A DNA stretch of 64,000 nt, taken from a virus. The position numbers were made by a program, and so were the translations under genes. The stretch lies in IMG/VR virus record IMGVR_UViG_3300044799_000154, positions 1-64,000 of that record; one strand, written 5' to 3'. The notes below the pieces were generated by a model that did not search any database, had not been told where the DNA came from, and saw only the letters and a list, made by a program, of their open reading frames with translations. Positions within the stretch are counted from its first letter, which is position 1. Each line of letters starts with the position of its first letter. This document shows, one piece after another, positions 63,377 to 64,000 of the stretch.

Positions 63377-64000
63377 ATGAAGAAACCTAAGATCATTTGG
63401 ATAACACAATTTCCTCTATCTGGAGTATCCTTTGGTGCTGTTAGTCAGCAATTGCTAATGCCATTGACTAATAAATATGATATCTATTGCCTAAGCTTTG
63501 GATATGATGGACAGCCCCTCGACATAGGGTATACAATATTACCATTCTCATCTGGAAGTCATATTGACTTCTATTGGAAAGAGATCAAGCCAGACTTGGT
63601 AGTTCTATTCCATGCTGTAGTTGCTTTGCCTAAGATAATGTCTATGGGAAGATTTGCAGAGCCATCAATCTTGTATGTTCCTGTGGAAGGTCATAGAGTT
63701 CCTCCAAGTTATATTTCATATTTCCAGCACTTTGATAGAATCATTACTCCTTCAAAATGGAGTCAAGATGCTTTAGCTAGAGACAAGATAAACGCTGAGA
63801 TTCTACCTCATGGTGTCAATACTGACTTCTATCATCCTTATGAGAGGAAGAATGAGGCATTCACATTTGGGTATTTAGGTTCAAATGATACAAGGAAACA
63901 AGTACCCACGATTATGGATGCATTTGCTAGAGTTAAAGGACCAAAGGAATTGAATATGGCAACTCCAATTCAAGGATACATGGATTTAGGAGAAGTTTCT
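63377..64000 (+). CDS. GT4-family glycosyltransferase (partial, runs off the window)
   Basis: hand translation MKKPKIIWITQFP..IITPSKWS..ILPHGVNTDFYHP..FGYLG.N..RK. Confidence 0.8.
   Translation, partial: MKKPKIIWITQFPLSGVSFGAVSQQLLMPLTNKYDIYCLSFGYDGQPLDIGYTILPFSSGSHIDFYWKEIKPDLVVLFHAVVALPKIMSMGRFAEPSILYVPVEGHRVPPSYISYFQHFDRIITPSKWSQDALARDKINAEILPHGVNTDFYHPYERKNEAFTFGYLGSNDTRKQVPTIMDAFARVKGPKELNMATPIQGYMDLGEVS

Noticed and set aside
11-63390. NPSxR as a DNA recombination site (integron-like cassette end) or merely a Shine-Dalgarno by-product
   Set aside because: Ser is coded by both TCN and AGY, Arg by both CGN and AGR, the frame is preserved, and many copies are N-terminal or internal. Overlap with AGGAG-like sequences may help some copies but cannot explain N-P-S.
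11-63390. NPS as an N-glycosylation sequon or a 2A/StopGo peptide
   Set aside because: Pro at the X position blocks N-glycosylation and the proteins look cytoplasmic; 2A requires D(V/I)ExNPGP, and the GP is absent.
292-63409. Minus-strand ORFs in the track (e.g. 55829..56533, 35861..36343, 52358..52795)
   Set aside because: They mostly overlap well-supported + strand genes, are Ser/Phe/Leu-rich shadows of purine-rich coding strands, and show no recognisable motifs.

Overview
AT-rich, gene-dense 64-kb segment with essentially all real genes on the + strand and tightly overlapping start/stop codons. It is most consistent with part of a large archaeal virus or extrachromosomal element. The host is probably a TACK archaeon such as Bathyarchaeia, inferred from ribosomal protein eS26, a eukaryote-like topoisomerase IB, aIF-1A and aRF1. 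The left ~43 kb is an accessory region of more than 100 small, often Cys-rich ORFs, interspersed with translation genes (aIF-1A, aRF1, eS26, tRNA-Ser(GCT)), phosphatases, acetyltransferases, a Topo VI-A-like plus GHKL module and ParB. The right ~20 kb is a replication/repair/nucleotide module: MCM-like ATPase, Topo IB, class II RNR, OGG, DHH, RPA-like, ParB, RadA-like, XPF, PolB and a GT4 glycosyltransferase. Main unusual signals: (1) a peptide tag N-P-S-x-R carried in frame by about 70 otherwise unrelated small proteins, usually at a terminus and encoded by fully degenerate codons, so selected at protein level; (2) a dispersed 14-bp palindrome CATGGTTAACCATG in at least 12 places, possibly parS-like; (3) a sharp GATC-avoidance boundary, with about 3 sites in the first 42 kb against about 50 in the last 22 kb; (4) a ~250-nt candidate structured RNA next to a LAGLIDADG endonuclease. 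All counts were made by eye and all annotations come from motif recognition, not database searches.
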